64,000 nucleotides of DNA from the NCBI GenBank assembly GCA_905178155.1, contig CAJINV010000016.1:1083386-1147385 (forward strand), read 5' to 3'. Shown piece after piece: positions 38,401 through 50,900 of the stretch; position 1 is the first letter of the stretch; each line of letters starts with the position of its first letter. The notes under the pieces are model-generated. The model had not been told where the DNA came from. It searched no databases and saw only the letters and a program-made list of their open reading frames with translations. The translations under genes and the position numbers were made by a program. The stretch is from Amoebophrya sp. A120. Its lineage: Eukaryota > Protista > Dinoflagellata.

Positions 38401-41400
38401 ATCCGCCGTCCGTAGTCGTTCTTCGACAAGAGAGCAACCGCTTTTGGAAGGGAATAGTACTTTTTTACGAGCGGGCGCAACGTCAAGGAGCGGAAGAACT
38501 TCGGCAATGTTGGCCAGACCCTCATCGCAACAAATAGACCACCATCATCTTCAGAATTACCAGCACCCGCCGGCTGTTGCAGTCACGCCCGTTGAGGATG
38601 AGGCCGACACACTATTGCCGGAGGACGCGGTCCGCGGACTGCTTTTCAACGCCGATGACTTACCATACCACGTGAAACGAATCTATTTCAGCGGAAGTAA
38701 CGACTGGGAGGATGCGTGGCGACTGGAACAATTATACCACGGAGACCGCAGGATAATTACCACAGCTTCATCACGACCCCCCGCCGGAACCACGTATCTT
38801 CACGTCGACCAGATGAACAAATGGGATCAGTTTTCTGCCCGGTTGAATGAGCAGATTTTCAATTTCTCTGCCCGGATCAACACAAAATTCCGCATCCGCC
38901 TGTCGCATTTGATCAAAACGCTTTACCCCCCGCTCTTACCTTGGTTCAAGAGGAAGTTCAAGCGGGAGCGGGCCTGCAGACTGTTGGAGTTTGTCAGTAT
39001 GGAAATGGGCAACTCGGCGGAGGACGAGTTGCTGCTTGCGAATCTCTTGCCCTTGATAGACAGACAGTCTACTGCTGGTGGTGTACTATTAGGCCAATCG
39101 AACAACGACTACAATGCCGCTAATGTCCTCCCTCCGTCCTCAAGCAGCACATCAAACGCCATGATTCCGGTCACAGTAAAGTTTGGTTGCGATTACTCCG
39201 TATCCAGGAAAAAACACCCATCCCCATCCATTTTTTGCATGGCAAACAGTGGACTTTGTGCATGTTTTGCATGACAAATTGGATGGGCTGCTCGCCATGA
39301 AAGCAACTACATTACATCTTGCCTCACTTTTTTAAGATGGGTTTTTTCGTATTTCGGACTGTGCCATAGTAGATGACTTTACCGCTTTTTTACTTTTCTT
39401 TTATCCCTCAGCGCTGGTGGGTCTGCCGGCAAAGTTATCCCTACTCAGATGGCTACAAAGCTCATCCCGCAGCCGTCCCAGGAGCTCTTGCGACTGTCTC
39501 TCGGTAGAGATCGCTTTGCCCGTGCTTATTCCACTCAGAGTTTGCTGGGTAGGTGGCTACCGTTTTAAGTTTATAAACGAATGGGACGCCCTGCCCTTAG
39601 CCTTCCAACATGACAAATTGGATGGGGAACGGTGTTTCTTCCTGGATACTCCGCGTCCCTGGCGTACTTGGATTTTCTCGACTACGACTCGAAAACTCTG
39701 TTCGATTGGTCGCCGGAATTGAAGCAAAACGAACAAAAGATTCTGCTTGCGTCAGGGACCGGGGATTACGACAACCCATTTGCGTTGGAATTGTCCGATC
39801 CGTTGGTCTATCAAATGTAAAAGTGTCTGGGTCTGGAGGAAGGATGGAACCTGTGATGCGCATTTCAGAACACACAAAAATCTCTCACGCATAGGTAGTA
39901 AAACTAAAAGCTGCTCACTTTCTGTCACCAAAATGGGGGACTTGTCATGCGGGTTCGGCATTGCGGAAGCTTCTCGAAGCCTGTGATGCTAGAGCTTCCA
40001 TGCCAGACCTTCTGTGTCATGCAGAAACAGCATAACTCTTTCAGACCCAGACATTTTTGCAGTCCATATGGTCGCTCAACTGCAGTCCGTCTGTGGTTCG
40101 GCGGCCCTGCTCCCGGTGCTGCATCAGTTCAACCGGTGCGCGCGGACGATTCGGAAGGAAGAAATTTTGGCAGGGTATCCTACGTAAAAACATCCCCAGC
40201 CCAGAGTTGTCATGCAGATTTGCAAGCACAAAAGCATTTGTAATGCGAATCCCCATGAGAGGTATGTCCCATTGTGTTTCGGAAGAACTTGTAATGCTGT
40301 AAACAGGATGAGGAGACGGATTTGTTATGCGGCTTCCCTTGCTAATGCTAAGCTGCACTACGGTACAGCCTGCAACTTGTCATGCGTGACTCCCAAAACT
40401 TCAAGGTTTGTGTTGCAGAATCCCCATCTTGATGACCCGGGGGTGGGGATGTTTTTACTCAGGATACGGGGTTTCGGGAGTACGAAATGCTCATGAGAAG
40501 CGTCGACTACGTGGAGAACAGCAGTGGCGGGTATGGTGGTACAACTACGCAGGAAAATCATCTTGCTGGGATGAATGTAACAGCTGGAGGTCGTGGCGTA
40601 GCGGCTATTAACAAAAAACAACCAGCCGGCTACTACTACCGAGATGAGCACGGTCGAGAGCACGATCTCGCACAATTGCTGCCGCAAGAGGTTTTATCCT
40701 ATGTGAAGGCCAGCAGCGCGACGATGATGACAAGATCGGGGGCGGCCAACAGCGCTAGCCTATCTAGCCGCTCAAGAACGCATTCGAAAGAGGACCACGT
40801 AATAGGAGCATCTAACCCTTCGGGGGCATTCCGCTCAACCAGAACCTCTGCGGCAAATCATGCAACGCCGGTAGAGGACCTGCAAATGAACAACCCACGG
40901 GAAAATATGACAACGACAAGCGGGGCGGGCGCAACGACAACGAGCCAGCGACCGCATCTGCGTTACTCCCAGATCATTTCTGAGGATGATGTTGACGGCA
41001 GTGCGGTCGCCAGGGACGTCGGCGTACTACTACACGAAAAACGCAGAACCGTTGCGAGGGGACGTCAACAGCAACACACCGCAGGACCAACAACCGGTCG
41101 GCGACTGTCCTCTCAAGCAGGAGCAGAAGGTAGTGCACAGCTTTATGATGTCGCAGGGCAACACCAACATGAAATAGAAAATCAGACGAGTTCACGCAGG
41201 ACGAGTACCATGATGCAGCAACACACAAGGGCTAGCCACGTCCAAGTTCCGCTTCCCACGGTCGCGACTCTAGCAGCCGTGCCTGAGACAGTTGCAGTTC
41301 CCAACATGATCTCTCGGGGGAGAAGCGAAGAGGTCAGTATGCGGGTACTCGCAGCCGGAGGTAGCAGTAGTTCCCGGAACCGCACGAGGACTGTCGAGAG

Positions 41401-43973
41401 GACTCGAAATAGTCGTCAAACGACTTCCACCTCCCTCGCTCGCAGTTCCGCTCTCTTGACAACCAAGCTCCGCGAACAGGTGATTTTCCTGCAGGGGTCG
41501 ATGCGGGGCGACGGGAGTGCAGCCTTGCAAAGACTCTACCACTTGAAACACGCGGTGGAACAAAGATCTGACGGATTACGATTCGGCGGCCTCATATGGA
41601 TCTGTCAGGATTGAAATTGTCAAAGTTGAAATGACTTGCCATGCATAAAATGCAAGGCATGAAGTGCCTGTCTTGCCGGGATGGCAAGTGAGGCAAATTG
41701 TGAGCCTATTTAGGGTCTGGGACAGAGCTGCTAGAGGAGCATTACAAAAGCAGGCTTCTGTGCCCAAACAGCGTGACAAATTGGATTCCGGTGCTCCGAA
41801 AATTTGTCATGCGCCGCCTGGAAGTTGGGCTTCCACCTGGTATCCATTTTATGCATGACAAATTATTTCAATTTCAACTTTGTCGATTTCAACTCTGACA
41901 CATCCAAACCTCAGCGTCTCTGTCGTTTGCGTGCCGCACGATTCGGAGAAGAAGTCCTGGCGGGTGGGGCTTCTGTTCACGGGGAGGAGCAGTGGCTCTG
42001 CCTCCGGTGGTGGGAGTTCTATGGCGAATAACACGGGCGTCACGAATAGCATGACGACGACGCCGAACGTCAGCCCGAGTAACACACCGAGAGCCGGCAG
42101 TTGTGTGGGTAGGGAGGAGGCGTGGCACTTTCCGAACAGCAGTTATGGCAATCTTCACGGGACGACGAGCCAAGCTAGTTCATCTGCGGGTGCATTGTTC
42201 CGCACAGACCTTGAGCTTTCTGGCGGTTATGGCCCGAGGAGCTCTTCGCCAACAACTTTCGGAGCTGCTGGTCGCGCGGCACAACCCGATTTCTTCGATG
42301 GTGACCACGGTGAAGCTGCTGCGCTGGATCATCATCATCACCATCACCATCTCCCGATAGACGGCACCCACGACCCTTTAGCCGGCGGTGCAAATGTAGT
42401 TGGTGCCGACCACGGTGGTGTTAATCATGATATTCCACCAACATCATGCACAACTTCTCGCTTCGACCAGTGCCTCCGACTGTTGAAAAAAACGGCAATC
42501 CGCATCAAAAAGCGCTGCCAGTTTCTCCACTACTTTCATCTGCTGCTGAAAATTCCGCACCATTTAATCCTCCAAAACCGAACCCCGCCGACCAACAGCT
42601 TTTTGCAGCGCGTCCTCATCCTCATTCTGTACGCACTGATTTTCGCCGACGCTATGGTTACGATTCTACTGGCGAACACGTTTTTCGAACTTCACCCGCT
42701 CGTGTTTCTGACCTGGTTCTTCGTCTTCCCGCTGACCCCCCTGGTCTGCCCCCTGCAGGGCATCGCGTGGCTGTTGCTGGCCCGGGAAGAGAAGGGACGG
42801 ACCTTTTGCCATTTGGTAGCTGCGTCGATGGTGAACGTGTACGCGGGCTTTTTCGCGTGGGCAGTCTGCGTGGTTTCCCGCGCGCTGAGCAGTGTGGATG
42901 TTGTTCCCGCCGTGGAGTACTTTTTATTCGACGTTGGCAGTCGTGCTACATCTAGGCGGCCACTTTTCTTCACGGTTCCCAACGGCCCTGAAGGTCCTCG
43001 CAGTACTACTCTTGAATTGACTACCGAGCAGGAGTACAACTACTCGCCGTACTACGCAAACCAGCTAAAATATGGAAGCGTCAGGTTTGAAATCGACAAA
43101 GTTGAAATAATTTGTAATGCATAAAATGCATGACCCGAGGCACGTGTGTTGCAGAGCAGGCAAGTGAGGCCGATTGTAAGCCTGTTTGGGGTTACAGCTC
43201 GAGCTGCTGAAGTAGCATGAGAAAGTCACTCTTCTTTGCCTAAACAGCATGACAAACTGGATTGAGGGACCGCCGAAATTTGTCACGCGCCACTCGGAAA
43301 CTGGGTTCCAACTGGCATCCATTTTATGCATGACAAATTATTTCAACTTTGTCGATTTCAACTCTGACACATCCATATAAAACTAGCCGCAGAGCAGGGC
43401 GGATTTGATGAGCCGCCGGCGCACCAGATGTTGACCACGAGTTCTACTACCTTACTCAGCGAGAAAATAAATGATGCCTGGACCACCACAACATCTTCAA
43501 TCACTTGGAATGGCGTCCCTATCGTCCCCTCCTCCGCTGGCGCTATCGCCTACTCGATTCGGCTGTTCGTTCTGGGTTTCGCCGTTTTCCTCGCAGAGTT
43601 GCTTTCCATCGCGATCTTGAAAATCGCGTTAGGTGTCACTGCGAATGTGTACATTGGAGCGCTGGAAATGGAGGAACTCGCCCTGAATTGCAACCAGAAC
43701 GGATTCAACATAACTGGAAGTAGTGGGCGGGGTAATCATGGGGGTTCTACTTTCGCCGGAACTGTAAATGAAAACGAAGGAACAATTACCGGCCCGTTCA
43801 GCGCTGCACCTTCCGGTGAAGAAATACAGCAGGGCGGACGCACGCACCCGGGGGTCGTCCCACTGACGCTGACGCATTCGAGGGCGGTGAATGTAGATGA
43901 TGATAGTGGGGATGAGCATGAGAATGAGGCGGGGGCCGGGTTTGTGGTGCCGAGGTACTCGGGGATGGCGTAG
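29482..43973 (+). CDS. Large Gly/Cys-rich membrane protein, At5g11700/DUF8003-like; 21 introners
   Basis: Spliced motifs STTGRGCQAGEGIGRG, GAGGSHSGRGG, SGGGSGGQIVI, GAGGGGLVGIRW, CSPGLSGTFCTPC, CPYRC, NPQCLDPWRYTMAFFGG+TM, RIYFSGSNDWEDAWRL, SLAYLDFL, C-terminal TM helices; family recalled from memory, not searched. Confidence 0.85.
29639..29784. mobile_element. Introner family A
   Basis: Perfect DR CAACC. Confidence 0.95.
30654..30762. mobile_element. Introner family E
   Basis: TIR TATCCAGG...CCCATCCA; perfect DR GCTGC. Confidence 0.93.
31072..31220. mobile_element. Introner family A
   Basis: Perfect DR GTGGA. Confidence 0.93.
31305..31460. mobile_element. Introner family A (reverse orientation)
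   Basis: Starts TATCCTGTGCAAAAG; perfect DR TTCTG. Confidence 0.93.
31972..32234. mobile_element. Introner family B
   Basis: Perfect DR ACTAC. Confidence 0.93.
32677..32820. mobile_element. Introner family A
   Basis: Perfect DR CATTT; ends ATG. Confidence 0.92.
32968..33246. mobile_element. Introner family C
   Basis: TIR TATCCTGAGTAAAAACGTACCCACACCAGAG; perfect DR GGCCG. Confidence 0.95.
33277..33539. mobile_element. Introner family B
   Basis: Starts TAC; perfect DR AACTG. Confidence 0.92.
34185..34463. mobile_element. Introner family C
   Basis: Perfect DR CGGGC. Confidence 0.92.
34514..34772. mobile_element. Introner family B
   Basis: DR GCTGC/CCTGC. Confidence 0.92.
34828..35132. mobile_element. 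Introner family D variant
   Basis: TIR TATGAAAGCCTCAG...CTCAAAGTGGAAATAATTTG; perfect DR CCGGG. Confidence 0.93.
35181..35333. mobile_element. Introner family A (reverse orientation)
   Basis: Perfect DR CGCTG. Confidence 0.93.
35711..35831. mobile_element. Introner family E
   Basis: TIR core CATCTTCCCCATCCA; perfect DR GTGGA. Confidence 0.9.
35900..36108. mobile_element. Introner family G
   Basis: TATCG...TTCACTGTAA / TTACAGTGAA...CGATA; perfect DR CCTGA. Confidence 0.92.
36137..36367. mobile_element. Introner family H
   Basis: Perfect 16-bp TIR TATGACAGTGCACAAC; DR TGGAC/TCGAC. Confidence 0.92.
36412..36692. mobile_element. Introner family C (opposite orientation to 32968)
   Basis: 31-bp near-perfect TIR; DR TGTTC/TATTC. 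Confidence 0.95.
39201..39648. mobile_element. Introner family E with a 321-bp internal insert
   Basis: Perfect DR CTCCG; insert 39288-39608 flanked by duplicated CATGACAAATTGGATGGG. Confidence 0.9.
39809..40068. mobile_element. Introner family B
   Basis: Perfect DR TGGTC. Confidence 0.93.
40176..40466. mobile_element. Introner family C
   Basis: DR CAGGG/CGGGG. Confidence 0.92.
41595..41908. mobile_element. Introner family D
   Basis: Perfect DR CCTCA; ends AAA instead of ATA. Confidence 0.92.
43071..43377. mobile_element. Introner family D
   Basis: TIR core TTGAAATCGACAAAGTTGAAATAATTTGT; perfect DR TAAAA. Confidence 0.95.
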
Positions 43974-44956
43974 AAAATCAAATTCAGAATTTTGATGATG
44001 TAGTTGAGGAAAAACATCATGATGAGTGCTTTTCCAGGAGCCTCACCACTGCCAGATTTTTGGTTGCGTATGTATACGACCTGATAAAGACACGGATGAA
44101 TTTCAATGTTTCGCACGTTTATCAAATGAACTCGAGGACGACTGGTCGTCGTGTGACATAGCCACTCATCACTCGCCAACACGAAAGAATGCCCATCTGC
44201 GCAGCACGAGCACGCCAAGGAAACGCATAATTCTCATTTTGGAGAAAAGCAGCTGTTTGTTCTACGACATTTTTGACGATGTGGTAGCAGTCAAGTCACC
44301 AGCCAGCTGTCGTGCTGGCATTAACAGAGTAACTCATTGAATGACGGAAGATCAGCGTTGTAGGTACCACAACCGATGCACTAGTACTTCTGCAAGCCGC
44401 TACAACTTTTTACAAGTGGAGCTGCAAATCATGACCACACGATGTGAGCCACTCGATGAAGACTGTTGAAGATGATCATCCACGTCTGTCTTTTTTTTTC
44501 GGATTCTGAAGCTGTAGATCCTTTGAGTAAAAAGTTGAGATCCACTTCCGACAACGACGCAGGCTGCGATAAAGTGAGCATTGTGTTGTCCAGATAGTAA
44601 GTAGGTGGTTGGAGTAGTAGAAGCGAGCACTTACAGAGTTCAGTAGAAAGATCCGCTCAACGGACGGTCTCGACGTACACACTCGTGGATGTGTGTGATG
44701 TTTTTTGTCAACATCTCTTGTTTTGTACGAGTGCGCCGGTACGAAAGCTACTTATGTGATAGGCAACGGTTACGGTTAATAGCGTAACAAGCACTATAGC
44801 ACATACATGATTTTGTTTTTGAGGGATGAAGTTGAAGACTGCCGTCGAGATCAATAGTCCACTAAGGCCGGCGTACCGCGTCCGCGACCTGAGACAGACT
44901 TGAGCACAAACCGTAAGAGGCAACAAGATCTTCTGTGTAAGTAACACTTGATGTAG

Positions 44957-47900
44957 ATGTCGTATCGGCTTCCCTGGGAGCAAGAGGATCAGCATCAAGA
45001 CCACCGGAATGCTGTGGCAGGAGCAGGATCTGAAGGAGCGGAAGCCTCTGCAGAAGCATCGTCCTCTCGACAGGAGCGTCGTCCAGAGGGTCGTGGCGTC
45101 CCAGTGCCTGTCATACACTTCGTCGAAACCGAAAGCGGCACGCTCGAGCTTCAGGAGAAGTTCGTGCACCTCCTGCCACAGGCACAGGAAGATGCTGACG
45201 CGAGACAGCCCGAGGCTGCGGGCGGCACCAGAGTGGACGCCGCAGGAGACGAGTCCTTGGAGTCCTTTCAGCCTCAGGACTTCTACGAGAGGCCCCTCCA
45301 CAAATCGGATCATGCGAAACAAGATGGCACGAAAAGCCTGGATGAGTTGCTTGACCAATTGGCGCAGGTTCTGGAGATCGTTGACGATGATGTTTCAGCA
45401 GCGCGCGTTGGCACTTCGCATGAGGACGAACAACATGCACAAAGTCAAAATCAAGCGACTCAAGGAGAAGACAGCACAGACACTCTGCAGCTCCCAAGGA
45501 GATCTCTCGTCCCTGCTACAACACAAACATCTTGTATCGCAATATCGTCCCCCGCCTGCATCCGCCTCTTGCGACTGGTCCAGAGAAGTTTAGACAAATT
45601 TTCGGCATCAACAAGTGCAAACTCAAGCAGAGCTGCCAGACCAGGCCGAAGGTGGACCGCCGCAGCTTTATTTGACCCCGCGTTCATTTCCAGCCGTTAC
45701 CCTCTTCTGGCGTATCCTGACGCACGGAGATTGATTCTCCAGAGCCGGACGGGCGGTAGATCGTCCGATGATGTACACCCAGTTTTACTGCTTCATCTGG
45801 TGCAAGGCACGCTCGAAGCGTTCGCGAGATCAAGGTTCGATGATGAAGTAGGTCGCTTCGGCAGAAGTGCTAAGGCGCGGCTCCTCGCGCCAACGAGGCA
45901 AGAACACAAAAATCGCGGAAGAGGTGTGCTACCTGTAGAAGTTGAGGCTCAGCAAGATGAACTTGAAGGTCCTCAGTATAATCTTCTTCATGTTGAAGCT
46001 CCCTCTTGTTCGGTCTTTGACCTTCTCTCCCCTCTGTGTTTCCTCGCACTCGATCAGGGAAATAAGACGCGGAAACCGCGCAGTGCCTTGGAATTACCAC
46101 CGGATCATGATGTTGTCCGGGACCACGGCCTGGGGGCGAAGATGAACAGGAAGACAATTCAGGTTTTCGATAAAGATTTCCGTCGGCAGCGCTCTCAGCT
46201 TTTCGAATCCCTCCGTCGCCTAGACCAAAAACTGTTTTTCGACTTCGAAAACCTGCACAGCATCGCCGCGTGGACCGTCTTCGCCGTGCTTTCCAACGAC
46301 TATATTTTTGCTGGGACAGAAGGGACAGCAGGAGGAAAAGATGAGGCTATTCTTTCTGCAGGAGCTCAAACAGGAGTTGTAGAAAATCGAGAGGAGAGTG
46401 ACAAAAATACATCCGCTTCTGTCCCTCTTCTGCCAAAGAACCCAAGCGAGCCCGTCGACACCAGCCCGACGCACGCGTCTTTCGAAGGACGGGACTTTAC
46501 CATTGACCTGCGAGGACCGAGTGCGGGAGGTTCTTCGGAAGGACAGCTCCTACAAGCTGGTGCTGGAGCTGCCATTCCTATTGCGGTTCCATCTTCCGAT
46601 GCTGCGCAAATTGGAACTGCGGAGCAACCGGCGCAACAACCAAATCCACCACCACCGCCCCCACCGCCGCCTCCACCACCACCGCCGCCGCCTCCACCGC
46701 CGCCGCCGTCATTACCGAGCGCTACTACTGCCGCCGCTGGCGATTCTACTTCCAGCGCACGACGAGCAGCCTCTCCGGCGGTAGTAGAGGACCACCACGA
46801 TGTTGTCGAGGAACAAGATGAGGTCTTGATGTCACCGGACCTTTTATCTTCTGCTGCCGGGACAAACTCCCGAGGACCTTCGCAGCTTCATCTCCAGCAC
46901 CAACTGCCGCTTCCCCTCCCCATTCTGTTCCAAACCCTTCGCATGCTGCCCTTCCGAGGACAGTCCGCCCTCGTGCCGGCGATAGAGCACGTACAGCGAC
47001 CCTGCTTCGTCTCGGTGAACTGGCAATACCGAACGTTTTTCGGGAAGGACAGAGAGGATCATGGCTCTTTTGCAGCTCGTCGTGGTTTACTTCAAGAGGG
47101 GAACAAGAATTTTCCGAGGCGATACCTGCAGACGACAAGTGCAGCGTCGCAACTCCAAGTCGTGCAAACTACGCGAAGCAGAACGTTCACAAACGAATCA
47201 AATCCAGCAAATCCGCACCAGCCGAAAGGTTCGCCGTCACTGGCAGCGCATTTGTACGCTTTGCTGGGAACATCATCCTCCTTGTTACCAACACCGGACG
47301 GTCGACAAGGTGTGCCAGGAGCGGTCGTGCAAAGAACTACAGGTGCTGGCGCACAAGAAGACCATGACGTAGCAACACAACTCGTTGACAAGGACGACAC
47401 AGGAGAGGATCAAGATGAAGACACGACCACTAGTCCTGCCGGGATGTTGCCTACATCCTTCACCGGCTGGCGCGCACATCACAGTAGTTCCACCAGCAAA
47501 AATTACTACGGAAGAGCAATCAGTGGCGTTTTGGTCGGCACCGGCCCTGCTACTTCCTCCACCTCGCAGCTCGATCAGGATTGTCGTCCGGCGTTTCACT
47601 TTCCACAGTTCTCGAGGACGCGAGAAGAAACGACTGAGTTCCTCTCTCCAAGTACACGAACTACCGGTGGGGCTCTTCTTGATGCTCGTCGAGCAGGTGG
47701 GCCCGCGACAAAACCAACACAGCGGCCAGGTGCTCGTAGACAAAATCCTAACACATCATTTCCTTCCCGCGCTTCCTACCGGGACTGGATGTTCCAGTTC
47801 CTGCTGCTCAGAAATGGCAGAAGAGAAGAATGTGGGAGGAAGCCAATCTGTTCTACTGTCGCCAGTACTAGGACGACTGGCATGACAAACTACATCAAAT

Positions 47901-50900
47901 TTCCACCTACGACTATCATGCGCAACAGTCTGTTTGACCTCGGGATGATTCAGGAGACGAATGAGAGAACCTGGTGGGACGCCTCGCTGCCGGGGGATGA
48001 AGACGACCAATATTACGGTGTTTCGAAGAACGGAAGTAGATCATCTCCATCGAAACAGAGAGGTGGCGGATCTGGATTATTACGCGGCCCACCACGAGCA
48101 GGAGTGTCCAACATCAGTGTCATTAGATCACCCACACGACCTGGTCGTCGTACATCGGACCACGCGCCTGCCGCATCTTCACCAGGAACAAGAACTCCAC
48201 CACGACCACCACCGCAGCTCTCTCCGGAGGAGCAAGCAGTGCTAGCCATGCAGGAGCAGGTGACAAAATTGACGACGCAGCTGACCGACAAGCTTCAAAA
48301 CATCTCCATCCCCGGTGGACAACCCGCGGTGATGGAAAGCTTCGGCACAAATCGGTCGAAGACGTTTCACGACCTGCTACTCGATCCGGATGTGGATGTA
48401 GACGAAGAAGACCGAATCAGCAACTACACACAGCTGACCAGCCAGCGGTACTTGCTGAAGCACGGCCATTTGGTGAAAGAAAGAAAGAAAAGGACGGGCG
48501 GGCGACTGAAGAGGAGGAAGCAGAAGTACGCTTTCGGAAAGCTGGCAACGGTAGGTGGACGTGGCACCACGGTTTTGACCAGTGACAGCTCTTCCAGCAG
48601 CAGCGACGAGGAGGAGCTCGAGAAAGAGGCAGCTTTTGGGTCGTGGAAAACCACTGCGGGGCGGAACAACTACGGAACTACGCCAGGACAGTCTGGTGCT
48701 TATTCCACAAGAGGACGACGGTCTTACTACGTCGCGGCGGGTGGAACAAGCACAAATGAAGCTGCACTCGACGGGCAAAGTCGAGATCACACGACCTCCA
48801 GTGTCGCGAGTCACATTGTGTCATTACTCAGTCGTGGAAATGCGACGGACTTCAGCTTACAGCTACGTAGCACTGGGGAGCTGCAACAGAATCAGAAACA
48901 TGCACCGGGAGCACGAGCAGTAGAAACGACCGCGGGTACTACTACTTTGCAGCCTACGCACAGCGTCGAATCGATCGTCACTGCGGTTTCAGGACGGGAA
49001 GATTATGTGAATCAGAATGCTCCTCTTGCGCCGACTTCCGGGCCACTGGCTGTACCGCTTTCGGCGCCGCAGCATAAGTCGTCTCCGACATCACTGCAAG
49101 CAAGGGCCGTGAATCAAACCAAAAACCAAAGTTGGGACAGCCTTGCTGTGGCCCTGCGGAACTCGAAGAACTTGTCGGAAAGCACCAGAGGGGGCGAAAG
49201 TGGGGATGGCAAGCGCATCGGAGCGAACAGATTCTCGTACCTGCTTCCCCGGAAAAGGGATAAGATTCGCGAGGAAGAAGAACTTCAGACGCATTTTTGG
49301 CAGATGCGTCTGCGAACTTTGGATCCGGCAGGGCGGCCGTTTTCTCCTCACGAAAAGAACGGAGAGTATGCTTCTAGAAGTCCTCTCAACACAACGAGAA
49401 CTTCAAAGCAACAGCGTGAAGATCACGTGTTGCTGACGCTCACCTTCCTGAATAAGAAAACGAAAGCACCTCTTTTCCAGGCAGTGGTCGAATTGAGGCC
49501 GCCTCTGCATCTACGCCGGAGGCAACAACAAGAAGATCACGAAGACCAGCACCTGTCTCTGCGCGACAAGACGCTTTTGGCCTCTACAACTTCGCCTAGA
49601 ACAATCATGGCCGTCGATCACGAAGACGTGGCGACTTCTACCACTAACGCCGGAATTAGTGGCGCAGTCAGCGAAGAGGAGCCCCTGGACGTGCTCGGTG
49701 GACTCTCAGATCTGTGGGCGTTCGCGAAAAAGCAACAGCTGGAAACGGAACACGACGTTGTGGCTGCAGTGGTAGGAACAAGCGAACTAACTCCTGTCAT
49801 GCGGGGGCAGCAAGAGGGACCTCTCGATCCGGGAAATATGATTCCCTCGCCGGAATTACTGAACGTTTTGGAGTTTGATTACGCGCGGTCTCTGACAATG
49901 AGCTTAAAGCAGTCTGACGAGGCGATCAACAGAACGAGAGCTGGTGCTGCCGCTTCTGCAGGTGATCGTGATCGTACGGCCGGCTCTGGCACGCAACGCA
50001 GTTCCTCTTCCACGGGCGGTCCTGGAATCAACGTCCGCGACTTTGACGACGGAACTGCTTCCTCCCACACGCAAACTACCCTCACAGCTGGTAAAGACCA
50101 AAACAACTACAACGACGCTCTTCACACTTCGAAGCAGTTTGGCAGAAAAGAGGCCGATTTAGTCGCTTCGCTCCTCCCGTCAGCCCCTCTGTTGCACACG
50201 CCGTTGCGGTTGGACTTCACTTTGACGGTGTTTTCCTCCTCTATGGTGAAAAAGATGAAGCAGGTGGTTATCTGCCCAGACTGCGGCAGAACGGACGTGA
50301 CGCGGTCGAGCAACATATGGGAGTGTCAGGTTTGAAATCGACAAAGTTGAAATAACTTGCAATGCATAAAATCGACACCAGTGGGAAGCCCAATTTTCAA
50401 GCGGTGCATGAGAAATTTCGGCGCCGTCTAAATCCAGCTTGTCATGCTGTTTAGGGAGAGAAGGCGTCTTTTGTCGTGCTACTTTAGCAGCTCTACCGCA
50501 GACCCCAAACAGGCTGACAGTCGACCTCACTTGCCGTCCCTGCAAGAGAGGCACTTCATGCCTTGCAATTTAGGCATGAGAAATCATTTCAACTTTGACC
50601 ACGATTTCAATCCTGACGCTTCCATACAACAATTTTTGCTACTATACGGGCCAAATCTTCTGCGAGAACTGTTTTCGCAAACCGCCGGCTGGATCGCCGT
50701 TGGAGATGAGCCCGGGTACGTCTAAAGAAGCATGTCTGATATATGAAGACCACGAATCAAGGCACTTCAGCTTCAATGTTGGGTATCCTCTAACAGGTGC
50801 CAATGCCATGTAGAGTACTACTACATTCTTCCCAAATTATCGTGATAGTGCATACTAGACTTTCATGGGTCGACGTATCATCACAAAACATCACAGGCTC

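Noticed and set aside
29639-43377. Recurrent peptides such as CKSIVLV, FQTQTFL, VRYFC as a protein repeat family
   Set aside because: They are translations of introner TIRs, not protein repeats
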